A DNA stretch of 64,000 nucleotides from assembly GCA_021513695.1 (NCBI GenBank), contig CP084166.1:1856001-1920000 (forward strand). Reading direction: 5' to 3'. Positions 29,952 through 39,682 of the stretch are shown in pieces. The notes under the pieces are model-generated. The model saw nothing but the letters and a program-made list of their open reading frames with translations, ran no database searches and was not told the DNA's origin. Position numbers and translations under genes: made by a program. Positions within the stretch are counted from its first letter, which is position 1; each line of letters starts with the position of its first letter. This DNA comes from Candidatus Heimdallarchaeum aukensis (GTDB lineage: Archaea > Asgardarchaeota > Heimdallarchaeia > Heimdallarchaeales > Heimdallarchaeaceae).

Positions 29952-31473
29952 GTTATCTCACATCTTTATTTTTATTTTTTATACCATAAAACCAGTTTGT
30001 TATTTTTAATGTACAAACTGGTATCTTATGCTTGTATTCCGAAAATCATTTTGCTCATATAAAGATGTTGTTTTGCGTTTTTTATAATACAGCTAGAAAA
30101 CTAGACTTTACTAAAATAACGTTTTAAAGGACTTCCACAATCTGGACAATGAACCAGTTTTTTTGTGAATTTAGCTCCACACACAGTACATTTCCAGAAA
30201 TACTTTTTCTTTTTTGTAATTTTAAAGAAAGAAGATTCTACTCTAATATTAAATATCTTACATAAATTTTGAATAGCATTATCATCTGAAATGATAGTGA
30301 ACTCTGGGTTTTCTATTGCAAGAGCTATAATAGTAAGATCATAACTCGATAATCGTCCATATTCACCAGCTTGCTTAGCTAGATTAACTGCTTTAGAAAA
30401 GGAAGAAGATGAAGGGATGAGAAAAAGAATGTTTTGTTTATTCTCAAGAAGACTTAAAACTAAATTGCTTTCAAATGATTTTAATTCCTCAGTGATATTA
30501 GCGGGAATTATAACAACACAATCGTCTGTTAAGAACCAATCTTTTGCCAAGATTTGGATTACAACCGTAGAGTCTAGTATTAATTTTTTTGGAAAATTTT
30601 TAGGTAAATGTCGCTCTTGAACCAATTAATTCACCGAATACGTTCCAACAACTTATTTCGAACACGTTTTATATAATTATCAGAGAATCTAATAAATCTA
30701 ATTTTTTCTCCAGATTTGTAAATCTTTACATGTTCATTGTATCCTAACGTGTAGTGAGCCTGTCCATCAACAACAACGATGCCTGTTCTGAATTTAGCCT
30801 CGTTAGTAACTGTTACTACCGTATCAGTTGAAAAAACAATAGGAGAAACATTTACAATAAAGGGACAGATTGGAACAAGGCAAAAAGCTTCTACATTAGG
30901 CATAATCAAAGGTCCTCCAGCTGACCTTGCATATGCGCTAGAACCTGCACTTGTAGAAACGATTACACCATCACCTTCAATAACATAAAATAATTTGTCA
31001 TTAATTTCAACCTTTAACCTCATAATGTTTCCATGATTCTTTGGAACAATAGTTATATCATTAACTGCTGAAATAGGGGGATAAGACTCTGATGAGACAG
31101 CTACTGTTGAAAACTCTTCTATTATAAATTCATCATTCAATATTTTATTGATTGCCCAATCTAACTTTTGTGGAATTATCTCAGTAAGAAAACCTACACG
31201 ACCACAATTAACTCCCAAAATAGGAGATTCTTTCCATTGAGTAAAAGTTTTCAGGATTGTCCCATCTCCTCCAAAAACAATGACTAGATCGGGTTGTTGT
31301 CCTTGTATAATGAAATCAGATTTCCGTAAATTTTTAGCTAAAACTTGACTTAGAGCAACCTTATAACCCTTTTCTAATAACATAGAAAGCGCTTCTGATG
31401 CAGAAATCAAAGCACTTTCTTTTTCTGATGAAACTAGAAGTATTAAAGAATCTTTTGTCAGCAATGCCCTTCT
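29288..31473. repeat. Tandem duplication, copy 1 (2186 bp)
   Basis: The sequence 29288-31473 recurs at 31474-33658 with near-perfect identity. One 1-bp indel was seen (tcgctcttg at ~30611 versus tcctcttg at ~32797). Confidence 0.9.
30101..30625 (-). CDS. nob1: Nob1-like PIN-domain endonuclease with a C-terminal zinc ribbon (rRNA maturation), copy 1
   Basis: 174 aa. PIN-like N-terminus (KLILDSTVVIQ...DD...) and terminal CTVCGAKFTKKLVHCPDCGS zinc ribbon. Size and architecture match archaeal Nob1. Confidence 0.55.
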   Translation of the reverse strand: MVQERHLPKNFPKKLILDSTVVIQILAKDWFLTDDCVVIIPANITEELKSFESNLVLSLLENKQNILFLIPSSSSFSKAVNLAKQAGEYGRLSSYDLTIIALAIENPEFTIISDDNAIQNLCKIFNIRVESSFFKITKKKKYFWKCTVCGAKFTKKLVHCPDCGSPLKRYFSKV

Positions 31474-31539
31474 GTTGTAGTATTTTGATTCCATGTCTTT
31501 TAACAGGTCCTTGGAAACCTTTTCCTTTTGTAACAGCAA
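30631..31539 (-). CDS. nadK: NAD kinase (NadK/PpnK), copy 1; the N-terminal 25 codons extend into duplicated rpl3-antisense sequence
   Basis: 302-aa ORF with the GGDGT motif (VIVFGGDGTILKT). By alignment with copy 2, the ancestral start is probably the TTG at 31464. Confidence 0.7.
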   Translation of the reverse strand: MLLQKEKVSKDLLKDMESKYYNRRALLTKDSLILLVSSEKESALISASEALSMLLEKGYKVALSQVLAKNLRKSDFIIQGQQPDLVIVFGGDGTILKTFTQWKESPILGVNCGRVGFLTEIIPQKLDWAINKILNDEFIIEEFSTVAVSSESYPPISAVNDITIVPKNHGNIMRLKVEINDKLFYVIEGDGVIVSTSAGSSAYARSAGGPLIMPNVEAFCLVPICPFIVNVSPIVFSTDTVVTVTNEAKFRTGIVVVDGQAHYTLGYNEHVKIYKSGEKIRFIRFSDNYIKRVRNKLLERIR

Positions 31540-32137
31540 TTACATCGGCAAACTCTCCAGCTTTGAACACATCACGTATCATTACTTCCTTGCCTAATAG
31601 AGATAATCCATATTCGAATCCTTCAGAGGGACTATTACAACCGATTTTTATTTCGGCAATAGAGGGGGTTTTTGTACCTATCCCAGTCAAGTATGGTTGT
31701 GTATGTACAATGGCTCTGATCTCCACCATTTCGGGGAGCTTTTCTTCAAAGTTCTTTTTTGCTTTCTCAAAATCGTATTTTTTAGGGGTTTTAACACGCC
31801 GACGTAATTCTTCCTTATATTCAGAAGAGAAGAGATCAGCTGAAATACTAAGACCATATGGAGTCTTAGCGTAGCCGCGGAGACCATAAACAACAATTGG
31901 TGGGGTCTCAATAACAGTGCAAGCTACTGTTACCTCGCGGTTCGCCAGATGACTTTGCCGGCGATCCTCTATATACGATAGTTGGCTCATTCCCGCTTTG
32001 ATACCTAAGAAACCAAGCAACTTTGGCTGCCCGTTATATTCTGGCCAAGCTCTTGGTTTAGGAGTAAGCCTTGCGGCCCTATTCCTTCTGTATCCAAGCG
32101 ATGAGCGACGAGGTGCATGGCTTGTTCTACTTCCCAT
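31474..32137 (-). pseudogene. Truncated duplicate of rpl3 (5' 664 bp only)
   Basis: Identical to rpl3 codons 1-221 (MGSRTSHAPRR...HGIKILQ). It then runs into unrelated sequence at the duplication junction 31473/31474. The track ORF 31361..32137 is this chimera. Confidence 0.8.
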
Positions 32138-32286
32138 GTTATCTCACATCTTTATTTTTATTTTTTATACCATAAAACCAGTTTGTTATTTTTAATGTAC
32201 AAACTGGTATCTTATGCTTGTATTCCGAAAATCATTTTGCTCATATAAAGATGTTGTTTTGCGTTTTTTATAATACAGCTAGAAAA

Positions 32287-32850
32287 CTAGACTTTACTAA
32301 AATAACGTTTTAAAGGACTTCCACAATCTGGACAATGAACCAGTTTTTTTGTGAATTTAGCTCCACACACAGTACATTTCCAGAAATACTTTTTCTTTTT
32401 TGTAATTTTAAAGAAAGAAGATTCTACTCTAATATTAAATATCTTACATAAATTTTGAATAGCATTATCATCTGAAATGATAGTGAACTCTGGGTTTTCT
32501 ATTGCAAGAGCTATAATAGTAAGATCATAACTCGATAATCGTCCATATTCACCAGCTTGCTTAGCTAGATTAACTGCTTTAGAAAAGGAAGAAGATGAAG
32601 GGATGAGAAAAAGAATGTTTTGTTTATTCTCAAGAAGACTTAAAACTAAATTGCTTTCAAATGATTTTAATTCCTCAGTGATATTAGCGGGAATTATAAC
32701 AACACAATCGTCTGTTAAGAACCAATCTTTTGCCAAGATTTGGATTACAACCGTAGAGTCTAGTATTAATTTTTTTGGAAAATTTTTAGGTAAATGTCCT
32801 CTTGAACCAATTAATTCACCGAATACGTTCCAACAACTTATTTCGAACAC
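32287..32850 (-). CDS. nob1: Nob1-like PIN/zinc-ribbon endonuclease, copy 2 (N-terminus altered by a 1-bp indel)
   Basis: 187-aa ORF identical to copy 1 from HLPKNFPKK onward. The upstream frame differs because of the single-base difference between the repeat copies. Confidence 0.5.
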   Translation of the reverse strand: MFEISCWNVFGELIGSRGHLPKNFPKKLILDSTVVIQILAKDWFLTDDCVVIIPANITEELKSFESNLVLSLLENKQNILFLIPSSSSFSKAVNLAKQAGEYGRLSSYDLTIIALAIENPEFTIISDDNAIQNLCKIFNIRVESSFFKITKKKKYFWKCTVCGAKFTKKLVHCPDCGSPLKRYFSKV

Positions 32851-33649
32851 GTTTTATATAATTATCAGAGAATCTAATAAATCTAATTTTTTCTCCAGAT
32901 TTGTAAATCTTTACATGTTCATTGTATCCTAACGTGTAGTGAGCCTGTCCATCAACAACAACGATGCCTGTTCTGAATTTAGCCTCGTTAGTAACTGTTA
33001 CTACCGTATCAGTTGAAAAAACAATAGGAGAAACATTTACAATAAAGGGACAGATTGGAACAAGGCAAAAAGCTTCTACATTAGGCATAATCAAAGGTCC
33101 TCCAGCTGACCTTGCATATGCGCTAGAACCTGCACTTGTAGAAACGATTACACCATCACCTTCAATAACATAAAATAATTTGTCATTAATTTCAACCTTT
33201 AACCTCATAATGTTTCCATGATTCTTTGGAACAATAGTTATATCATTAACTGCTGAAATAGGGGGATAAGACTCTGATGAGACAGCTACTGTTGAAAACT
33301 CTTCTATTATAAATTCATCATTCAATATTTTATTGATTGCCCAATCTAACTTTTGTGGAATTATCTCAGTAAGAAAACCTACACGACCACAATTAACTCC
33401 CAAAATAGGAGATTCTTTCCATTGAGTAAAAGTTTTCAGGATTGTCCCATCTCCTCCAAAAACAATGACTAGATCGGGTTGTTGTCCTTGTATAATGAAA
33501 TCAGATTTCCGTAAATTTTTAGCTAAAACTTGACTTAGAGCAACCTTATAACCCTTTTCTAATAACATAGAAAGCGCTTCTGATGCAGAAATCAAAGCAC
33601 TTTCTTTTTCTGATGAAACTAGAAGTATTAAAGAATCTTTTGTCAGCAA
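32816..33649 (-). CDS. nadK: NAD kinase (NadK/PpnK), copy 2; no in-frame ATG, candidate TTG start
   Basis: 277-aa ORF identical to copy 1 from LTKDSLILLV onward. An upstream in-frame stop at 33677-33679 leaves only the TTG at 33649 as a start. Confidence 0.65.
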   Translation of the reverse strand: MLTKDSLILLVSSEKESALISASEALSMLLEKGYKVALSQVLAKNLRKSDFIIQGQQPDLVIVFGGDGTILKTFTQWKESPILGVNCGRVGFLTEIIPQKLDWAINKILNDEFIIEEFSTVAVSSESYPPISAVNDITIVPKNHGNIMRLKVEINDKLFYVIEGDGVIVSTSAGSSAYARSAGGPLIMPNVEAFCLVPICPFIVNVSPIVFSTDTVVTVTNEAKFRTGIVVVDGQAHYTLGYNEHVKIYKSGEKIRFIRFSDNYIKRVRNKLLERIR

Positions 33650-33876
33650 TGCCCTTCTAAAGAAAATAAGAATTATCTAATAAAAATATTGGGTTGGAAA
33701 TAAATTATTATAATTAAGTATTAATAAAGCACCTAATCTCAGAAAATTCAAATAAAGTATCCTTTAATTTTTATTGAGTACTATAACAAACTCTTACTAT
33801 TTATTCAAGACACATAATAATTTTCTTCAACAAGATATAGTTTTAAAAAGTATTAGTACTAAAAAGAATTGATAGA

Positions 33877-34716
33877 ATGCGATATGCAGTAAAAGTTTTT
33901 TATTTGGGTGATTATTATTATGGTTACCAAAGACAACCTGATGTACCTACTGTAGAAGGTACAATTATCAATGCACTAAAGAAGGCAGGATACATTACTG
34001 ATGTAAAAACAAGTAATTTTGCAAGTGCAACACGGACTGACCGTTATGTAAGTGCATTAGGAAATTGTTTCGCTTTTAATACAAAAAAGGATCTAATAAT
34101 TACCCAATTAAATCATTTTTTACCTCACAATAACAGTATTATTTGTTGGGCAAAAAGCACCGTAGACGAAGATTTTTCTCCAAGGTTTGCAAAACTAAAA
34201 AAATATTGGTATTTTCTCTCAAGAGACTACATAAATGAAAAACAGTTATCAATTAATGATATAAAGAAAGTAAGTAAAAAATTCGAGGGAACCCACGATT
34301 TTAGATTATTTTCAAAGTTTAATGAAAAAGATACTATACGATCAATTGACAAAATTAATTTAATTGAAAATCAAGATAGTTTAATTTTAGAATTCATCGG
34401 TCAATCATTTCTTTGGCAGCAAATTAGAAGAATTGTATCCTACATTTTATCATTTCCTTTTCTACCAGAACAGTTTCAAGACACAGAGGAATTATTAGGG
34501 GAAAATAGCATAAATCACCTTCCCCTTAAACCAGCAAGTCCACACCACCTTTTATTTGTTGAGCATTATTATGAAAATCTTAATTGGAAAGTAAACCAAA
34601 CCACATTAAAGAAAATTTTATCATATTCAATGTTTCAATCTTTTGAACTCGATTCAAAACATGCTAGATTCAAAAAGCAATGGTCCTTTTTTAAAGATAG
34701 GATCGAAGAAAATTAA
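33877..34716 (+). CDS. truA: tRNA pseudouridine synthase A (TruA/Pus1-like)
   Basis: 279 aa with ASATRTDRYVSALGN (compare the RTDAGVHA catalytic-Asp motif) and GTHDFRLFSK (compare GTHDFxxF). Confidence 0.65.
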   Translation: MRYAVKVFYLGDYYYGYQRQPDVPTVEGTIINALKKAGYITDVKTSNFASATRTDRYVSALGNCFAFNTKKDLIITQLNHFLPHNNSIICWAKSTVDEDFSPRFAKLKKYWYFLSRDYINEKQLSINDIKKVSKKFEGTHDFRLFSKFNEKDTIRSIDKINLIENQDSLILEFIGQSFLWQQIRRIVSYILSFPFLPEQFQDTEELLGENSINHLPLKPASPHHLLFVEHYYENLNWKVNQTTLKKILSYSMFQSFELDSKHARFKKQWSFFKDRIEEN

Positions 34717-35065
34717 AAAAGCAGTTGGCTCATTTTAGCATTTTTTTCACTACTTGAGCGAATAGAGGTTATAGATGAAAAAAGGCAGTTCTCTTTTTAG
34801 GTATCTATCGCATTATAACACACATTACTTGAAAGGAAAAATCTTCGTCTACAGCTTCGGTTGAAAAACATTCAAAAACATTCAATCATCTTTTCTGACT
34901 CGTTAAATAACTCTATTCATCTGAATGACAAAAACAAGATTAGAAAAATGTATGAACTCAAGCTGATTATTTAACTCAAGCAGTCTTAAGAAAACGACAG
35001 AAAAGCAATATTTAAAAAATAAAAAAGAACAAAAATCAAAAACAGAAATAAGAATAAAAAAAAGT

Positions 35066-35205
35066 GCCCTGATGGTGTAGCGCGGCCAATCATAATGGAC
35101 TCTCACATGTTGAGGTCCGTGGGCCAAAACAGAAGAATCCATTGACCCGGGTTCAAAAAGATAAATGTTGAGGCATTTATTTTGTAACTCCCGGTCAGGG
35201 CACCA
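35066..35205 (+). tRNA. tRNA-Glu (anticodon CUC) with two ~31-nt insertions, one in the anticodon loop and one in the T-loop; CCA encoded
   Basis: Acceptor GCCCTGA/TCAGGGC. D arm GGTGTAGCGCGGCCAATCAT closely matches archaeal tRNA-Glu. Anticodon stem ATGGA (35095-99)/TCCAT (35138-42) encloses 38 nt beginning CUCUCA. T stem CCGGG (35147-51)/CCCGG (35190-94) encloses 38 nt, TTCAAA...T. Both inserts contain ATGTTGAGG. Confidence 0.6.
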
Positions 35206-35281
35206 ATTTCTTTTATATTATAAATTTCATATTATGAATCACATAGTTGTAAATACTGTAGTAAAAAATTAGTCTTTTTTA

Positions 35282-35944
35282 TTAACTGAAAAAATTGTCT
35301 AATCTACTCTGCTTTACATTAGTAGAAGATAATACTTTATCAATTGGAGGTTTTTTGAGAACATTATTGCTTTTTATATAAAAATAAATTTGTTTAAAGT
35401 GATTTCTATATGTTTCTCGCATAAATGCACTGTTATTTCTTAATATATAAGCTGGATGGAACGTTGAAAAAACAGTAAAACCCTCATTTGTTGTTTTAAA
35501 TAGCCCAACTTCTTTTGTAACTTTTGCTTTAGGAAAAAAATATTTTAATGCTACGGAGCCAAGCGTCACAATTAGTTTAGGTTGTAAGTATTCTAACTGA
35601 TGTTTTAGCCATGTACTTGAACAAATATTTATTTCAGTTTGAGATGGGATTCTATTCTTTCCATTTTCTGTAACTGGCCTACACTTTACCACATTTAGAA
35701 TACTAACTTCTTTTCTTTCTAATCCAATCTCACTTAGCATCGCATCAAGAAGTTTTCCTGATTTTCCAACAAAAGGGTATCCCTCCTTATCCTCATTATA
35801 TCCAGGAGCTTCACCGATAAAACACAGTTCATTATTAGAGCCATAAATTCCTGGAACGACGTTTTTTCTTGTTTTATAGAGAGAACATAATTTACAAATT
35901 TTTATCTTATTTGTAAGGTCTTCGAGATCATTTGAGATTTTCAT
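35282..35944 (-). CDS. udg: Uracil-DNA glycosylase, family 4
   Basis: GEAPGYNEDKEGYPFVGKSGKLL and HPAYILRN motifs, with N-terminal Cys residues (CKLCSL...C) of the 4Fe-4S UDG4 family. The start is set at the internal Met (the ORF extends to 36007). Confidence 0.8.
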   Translation of the reverse strand: MKISNDLEDLTNKIKICKLCSLYKTRKNVVPGIYGSNNELCFIGEAPGYNEDKEGYPFVGKSGKLLDAMLSEIGLERKEVSILNVVKCRPVTENGKNRIPSQTEINICSSTWLKHQLEYLQPKLIVTLGSVALKYFFPKAKVTKEVGLFKTTNEGFTVFSTFHPAYILRNNSAFMRETYRNHFKQIYFYIKSNNVLKKPPIDKVLSSTNVKQSRLDNFFS

Positions 35945-36007
35945 TAAGTTTAAGAGAAAAAAAGGATTTATTAATATATTTACAGTCATTAAAGAGAGGT
36001 CTCTCAA

Positions 36008-37330
36008 TTGAAAGGAATAATAATAGAAGCTGATTACGTTGTAACATGCAATTCAACAGACGAAGTAGTTAAGGATGGTGCTGTATATGTTGAAGGAAAT
36101 AAAATAAAAGCTGTTGGTAAAAGAGATACAATTGCTAACTATTACCCCTCATCAAGGATAATTTCAGGAAAGAATAAAATACTGCTTCCAGGATTAGTAA
36201 ATACACATTCCCATTCGGTACAAACGTTGTTAAGAGGTAAAGCTGAAGATCTAAGTTTAATTGATTGGCTCCAAAAAGTAATTTTACCAGGTGAAAGAAG
36301 TTTTAGTGCAGATAATGTTTATACATCATGTGCTTTGGGTTTTGCAGAGATGATACGAACAGGTACAACTACATGCAACGATATGCTGACGGCACATCAT
36401 TCCGAGGAAGGAATAAGGGCAGCGATTGATATTGGAATTAGGGCAAGAATAGGAAAAATGCTTATGGATGTTGACATCAACAATAAAAAAGAAAAACTTG
36501 AAAAAACATATGACATAATTGCAGAAGTCACAGACCACATTAAAAAATACCACAATAGTCAAAATGGTAGGATAAAATATTCCTTAAATTTAAGATTTCT
36601 TTTGAACAACAGTACTGAATTAATAGCAGAAGTTGTGAAATTACAACAAGAATATAACGACATTCTAATCCATACTCACGCTTCCGAAAATAAAAATGAG
36701 AGCAAACTTGTTACACAACAATTTGGAAAATCATACATCCGTGCTCTAAATGAGTTAAATGTTTTAGGAGAAAACACAATTCTAGCTCATGCAATATGGT
36801 TAGATGAAGAAGAGTACAAACTGATTAAAGAATCTGGAACAAAAATAAGTCATAACCCAAGTAGTAATAGCAAGTTAGCTTCTGGTATTGCAGATATTTC
36901 AAAATTTCAAGAACTTGGCATCATTGTTGGATTAGCTACAGACGGTGCTCCTTGTAACAACAACTTAGATATGTTTAGGGAGATACGTTTGGCATCATTT
37001 CTCCAGCGACTAAAATATCTAAATGAAAAAAAATTACCAGCTAAAAGTGTTTTGAAAATGGCAACGATTGAGGGAGCTAAAGCTCTTCATATGGATAAAG
37101 AAATTGGTTCAATTGAAATAGGTAAGAAAGCAGATTTAATTCTATTAGATATAAGCGATGTAAATGCAATTCCATTATATGACCCAATAACACATATTGT
37201 TTATTCTGCTAGTGGTAAAGATATTGTATTGACTATGATAGACGGAAGAATTGTTTATGAGAATGGTGTTTTTCACACAATAGATATTGAAAAGTTAAAA
37301 GATAAGACAGAACAGTACTTAAAAAGTTAA
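36008..37330 (+). CDS. Amidohydrolase-family deaminase (MtaD/SAH-MTA deaminase-like)
   Basis: 440 aa with LLPGLVNTHSHSVQTLLRG (the HxH metal site) and the conserved His/Asp ligands typical of MtaD/chlorohydrolase-type amidohydrolases. Apparent TTG start. Confidence 0.7.
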   Translation: MKGIIIEADYVVTCNSTDEVVKDGAVYVEGNKIKAVGKRDTIANYYPSSRIISGKNKILLPGLVNTHSHSVQTLLRGKAEDLSLIDWLQKVILPGERSFSADNVYTSCALGFAEMIRTGTTTCNDMLTAHHSEEGIRAAIDIGIRARIGKMLMDVDINNKKEKLEKTYDIIAEVTDHIKKYHNSQNGRIKYSLNLRFLLNNSTELIAEVVKLQQEYNDILIHTHASENKNESKLVTQQFGKSYIRALNELNVLGENTILAHAIWLDEEEYKLIKESGTKISHNPSSNSKLASGIADISKFQELGIIVGLATDGAPCNNNLDMFREIRLASFLQRLKYLNEKKLPAKSVLKMATIEGAKALHMDKEIGSIEIGKKADLILLDISDVNAIPLYDPITHIVYSASGKDIVLTMIDGRIVYENGVFHTIDIEKLKDKTEQYLKS

Positions 37331-37341
37331 ATAGAAAAACA

Positions 37342-38316
37342 CTATTCATGTTTTATTCTTGACAGTTTAGCTAAGAATGCCCCAATTTGTATATTACTTG
37401 ATGCCCCTTCAGATATTCTGAAATCAACTTCTGCCAGATATTGAGTAATCTCAAGTTTTGATACTTCTGGAATATCAAGTTTTGGTATCTCTTTATATAT
37501 TTGATAGGTTACATCTGTTCCTGATAAACCATATTCTAACATCAACTCATGTAACTGACTTCTTGCTTGTTGGAACTCTCCGTTTAATGCAAGCAATACC
37601 ATATTTTTTATCTGATCAGGATCAGCTTGACCAATAGTTTTTCTTACAGTCAACGCTTCAATAGAATGCCCCGATGCTGCTGTAGACTGGAGAATGTTTA
37701 TTGCTTTCCTTAAGTCTCCTTCTGCTATGTATAGAATAGTCTCGATTCCTTCTTTGTCATAAACAAGATTTTCTTTTTCAGATATGTAAATCAAATATTT
37801 TCTTATTTCCTCATCTGATAAGGGTTTAAATCTAAAGATAGCACAACGTGATTGTATTGGTTCAATTATTTTACTGGAGTAGTTGCAAATTAGAGCAAAT
37901 CTACTAGTCCTAACATATTTTTCCATTGTTCTTCGTAGTGCATGTTGTGCTGCACTTGTTAAATTATCAGCCTCATCTAAGCAAATAATTTTGAATGGTG
38001 CATTATATGGTGCAGTTCTTGCAAATTCTTTTATTTGTGTTCTAACAATATCAATTCCTCTATCATCTGATGCATTTAATTCTAGAATATTATGATGATA
38101 AGTATCGGGACCAAATAAATCATGTGCCAAAGCTAAAACTGCTGTTGTTTTTCCTGTTCCAGGTGGTCCAGCAAATAAGAGGTGTGGCAGATTACCTTTT
38201 TCTACAAATCCTTTTAATCTTACAACTATATCTTGATGTCCCCTAAGATCGTTTAATGATCTTGGTCGATATTTTTCTGTCCACATAATATTGTAATTTA
38301 CTTTCATTATCTCCAT
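37342..38316 (-). CDS. rfcS: Replication factor C small subunit
   Basis: 324 aa with the RFC box and Walker A LLFAGPPGTGKTT, DEAD-like Walker B LDEADNLT, and the SRC motif SRCAIFRFKPL. No intein. Confidence 0.9.
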   Translation of the reverse strand: MEIMKVNYNIMWTEKYRPRSLNDLRGHQDIVVRLKGFVEKGNLPHLLFAGPPGTGKTTAVLALAHDLFGPDTYHHNILELNASDDRGIDIVRTQIKEFARTAPYNAPFKIICLDEADNLTSAAQHALRRTMEKYVRTSRFALICNYSSKIIEPIQSRCAIFRFKPLSDEEIRKYLIYISEKENLVYDKEGIETILYIAEGDLRKAINILQSTAASGHSIEALTVRKTIGQADPDQIKNMVLLALNGEFQQARSQLHELMLEYGLSGTDVTYQIYKEIPKLDIPEVSKLEITQYLAEVDFRISEGASSNIQIGAFLAKLSRIKHE

Positions 38317-38481
38317 TAAGAAAATAAGATTTGGTTATTTAAATTTAGAGATTAATAAATGAATAATACTAAATGAATGATACGTGGTTATTGGTAGAAG
38401 TTCTATTCTATTAAAGATAAATTTTTATTTGTTGGTTTCGATTTTTTCCTTAACTTTATTTATTGTAAATTAGAAAAATAA

Positions 38482-39387
38482 TTATATCTCAATTGCACCA
38501 GATATTAATAAATCCCATGCTATTGACCAACGAATAGGATGAGCAACATCAATCCAATGAATATTTTGTTTGCAAGGATAAAGTTGTAACTTGTTCTCTT
38601 TTATTAATTGAGGAAATATATCTTTCGATAACGATTTACCCTCAGATTCATGTAAATAATCGATAATTTCTGGCTCGAATATGTATATTCCTGCATCAAT
38701 ATAACCGTTTTGCATGCCTTTGGTAGGTCTCTCTTCATACCTAAGAATTTTAGTTTGCTTACTGTTACTTATCTGAAAAACTCCAAAATCATTAAAAACA
38801 GCTTTATCTTTAGTTTTACTATTCATCTTTTGCTGATAATCTAGTAAATTTATCCCAGCGACTGTACCAACGAAATCTTTCTTATTTTGTTTATGAAAGT
38901 CAATTAATTCACTAATCCTGATATTAGTTAAGATGTCAGCATTCATAACTAAAAATGTTTCATTAATTAGATTTCGTGCATTATATAAAGCCCCAGCAGT
39001 ATCTAACATTGATTTTTCAACAACATAATTGAGTGTTATATCTTTCCATTTTTGTCCAAAATACTGCATTATACGATCCCCAAGTTTACCAACAAGAAGG
39101 TTAACATCTGTAATTCCATTTTTCATTAATAAATGTAAATTGTACTCTAGAAGTGGCTTATATCCCACTGGAATCATAGCTTTAGGGATTGATTCAGTTA
39201 GAGGTTTTAATCTAGCTCCTTCTCCACCAGCAAGAATAAAAGCTTTCACTTTTCTTAACGAAAACTCCTTTTCAATAAGATAGACTAGAAAGTCCTTTAT
39301 TGAACCGCTTCCTCTTTTTTCTTGCAGGATTTTCCAGACATCAATGGGAAATTCTACTGTGTATTTATGTAATCTTTTTTCTTCCAT
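38482..39387 (-). CDS. Sugar-phosphate nucleotidyltransferase (NDP-sugar pyrophosphorylase)
   Basis: 301 aa. After a ~46-aa N-terminal extension comes KAFILAGGEGARLKPLTESIPKAMIPV, the G-rich NTP-binding signature. Confidence 0.7.
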   Translation of the reverse strand: MEEKRLHKYTVEFPIDVWKILQEKRGSGSIKDFLVYLIEKEFSLRKVKAFILAGGEGARLKPLTESIPKAMIPVGYKPLLEYNLHLLMKNGITDVNLLVGKLGDRIMQYFGQKWKDITLNYVVEKSMLDTAGALYNARNLINETFLVMNADILTNIRISELIDFHKQNKKDFVGTVAGINLLDYQQKMNSKTKDKAVFNDFGVFQISNSKQTKILRYEERPTKGMQNGYIDAGIYIFEPEIIDYLHESEGKSLSKDIFPQLIKENKLQLYPCKQNIHWIDVAHPIRWSIAWDLLISGAIEI

Positions 39388-39682
39388 TCGTACACCTTTA
39401 ATTCGTTCTAACTAGAGCAACAACATTTATGTGTCTTTTCATAAAAAAGGTATTATTATTTATTACTATCTTCAAGAAACAATAGATTAGCAGTGACTAC
39501 TCATTCAGTAATAATAATGAATAGCAACTTGATTTTTATACAGAACAGTTGCACACAAATTTTACTTTTAAAAGGCAAAAAACAACATCTGATTATGGAT
39601 CCAGAGGATGTAAGCTTATCTCAACCACGAATAAATTTGAAAAAGTAGACCAGAGAACATGTTAGAAAAAAACGCGAAAAAA

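Larger units (their letters stand above)
31474..33658. repeat. Tandem duplication, copy 2 (2185 bp)
   Basis: Second copy of the 2.2-kb unit. It ends at ...gcccttct | aaagaaaat, where unique sequence resumes. Confidence 0.9.

Noticed and set aside
34860-34900. Short tandem repeat cattcaaaaa x2.5
   Set aside because: Too short and isolated to be meaningful. Probably slippage in AT-rich intergenic DNA.
38317-39682. C/D box sRNA candidates (UGAUGA-like boxes near 38375 and 39650)
   Set aside because: The box matches are imperfect (AUGAUA, UUGAUGA without a purine), no paired D/C' boxes at proper spacing, and no terminal stem. They cannot be supported by eye.
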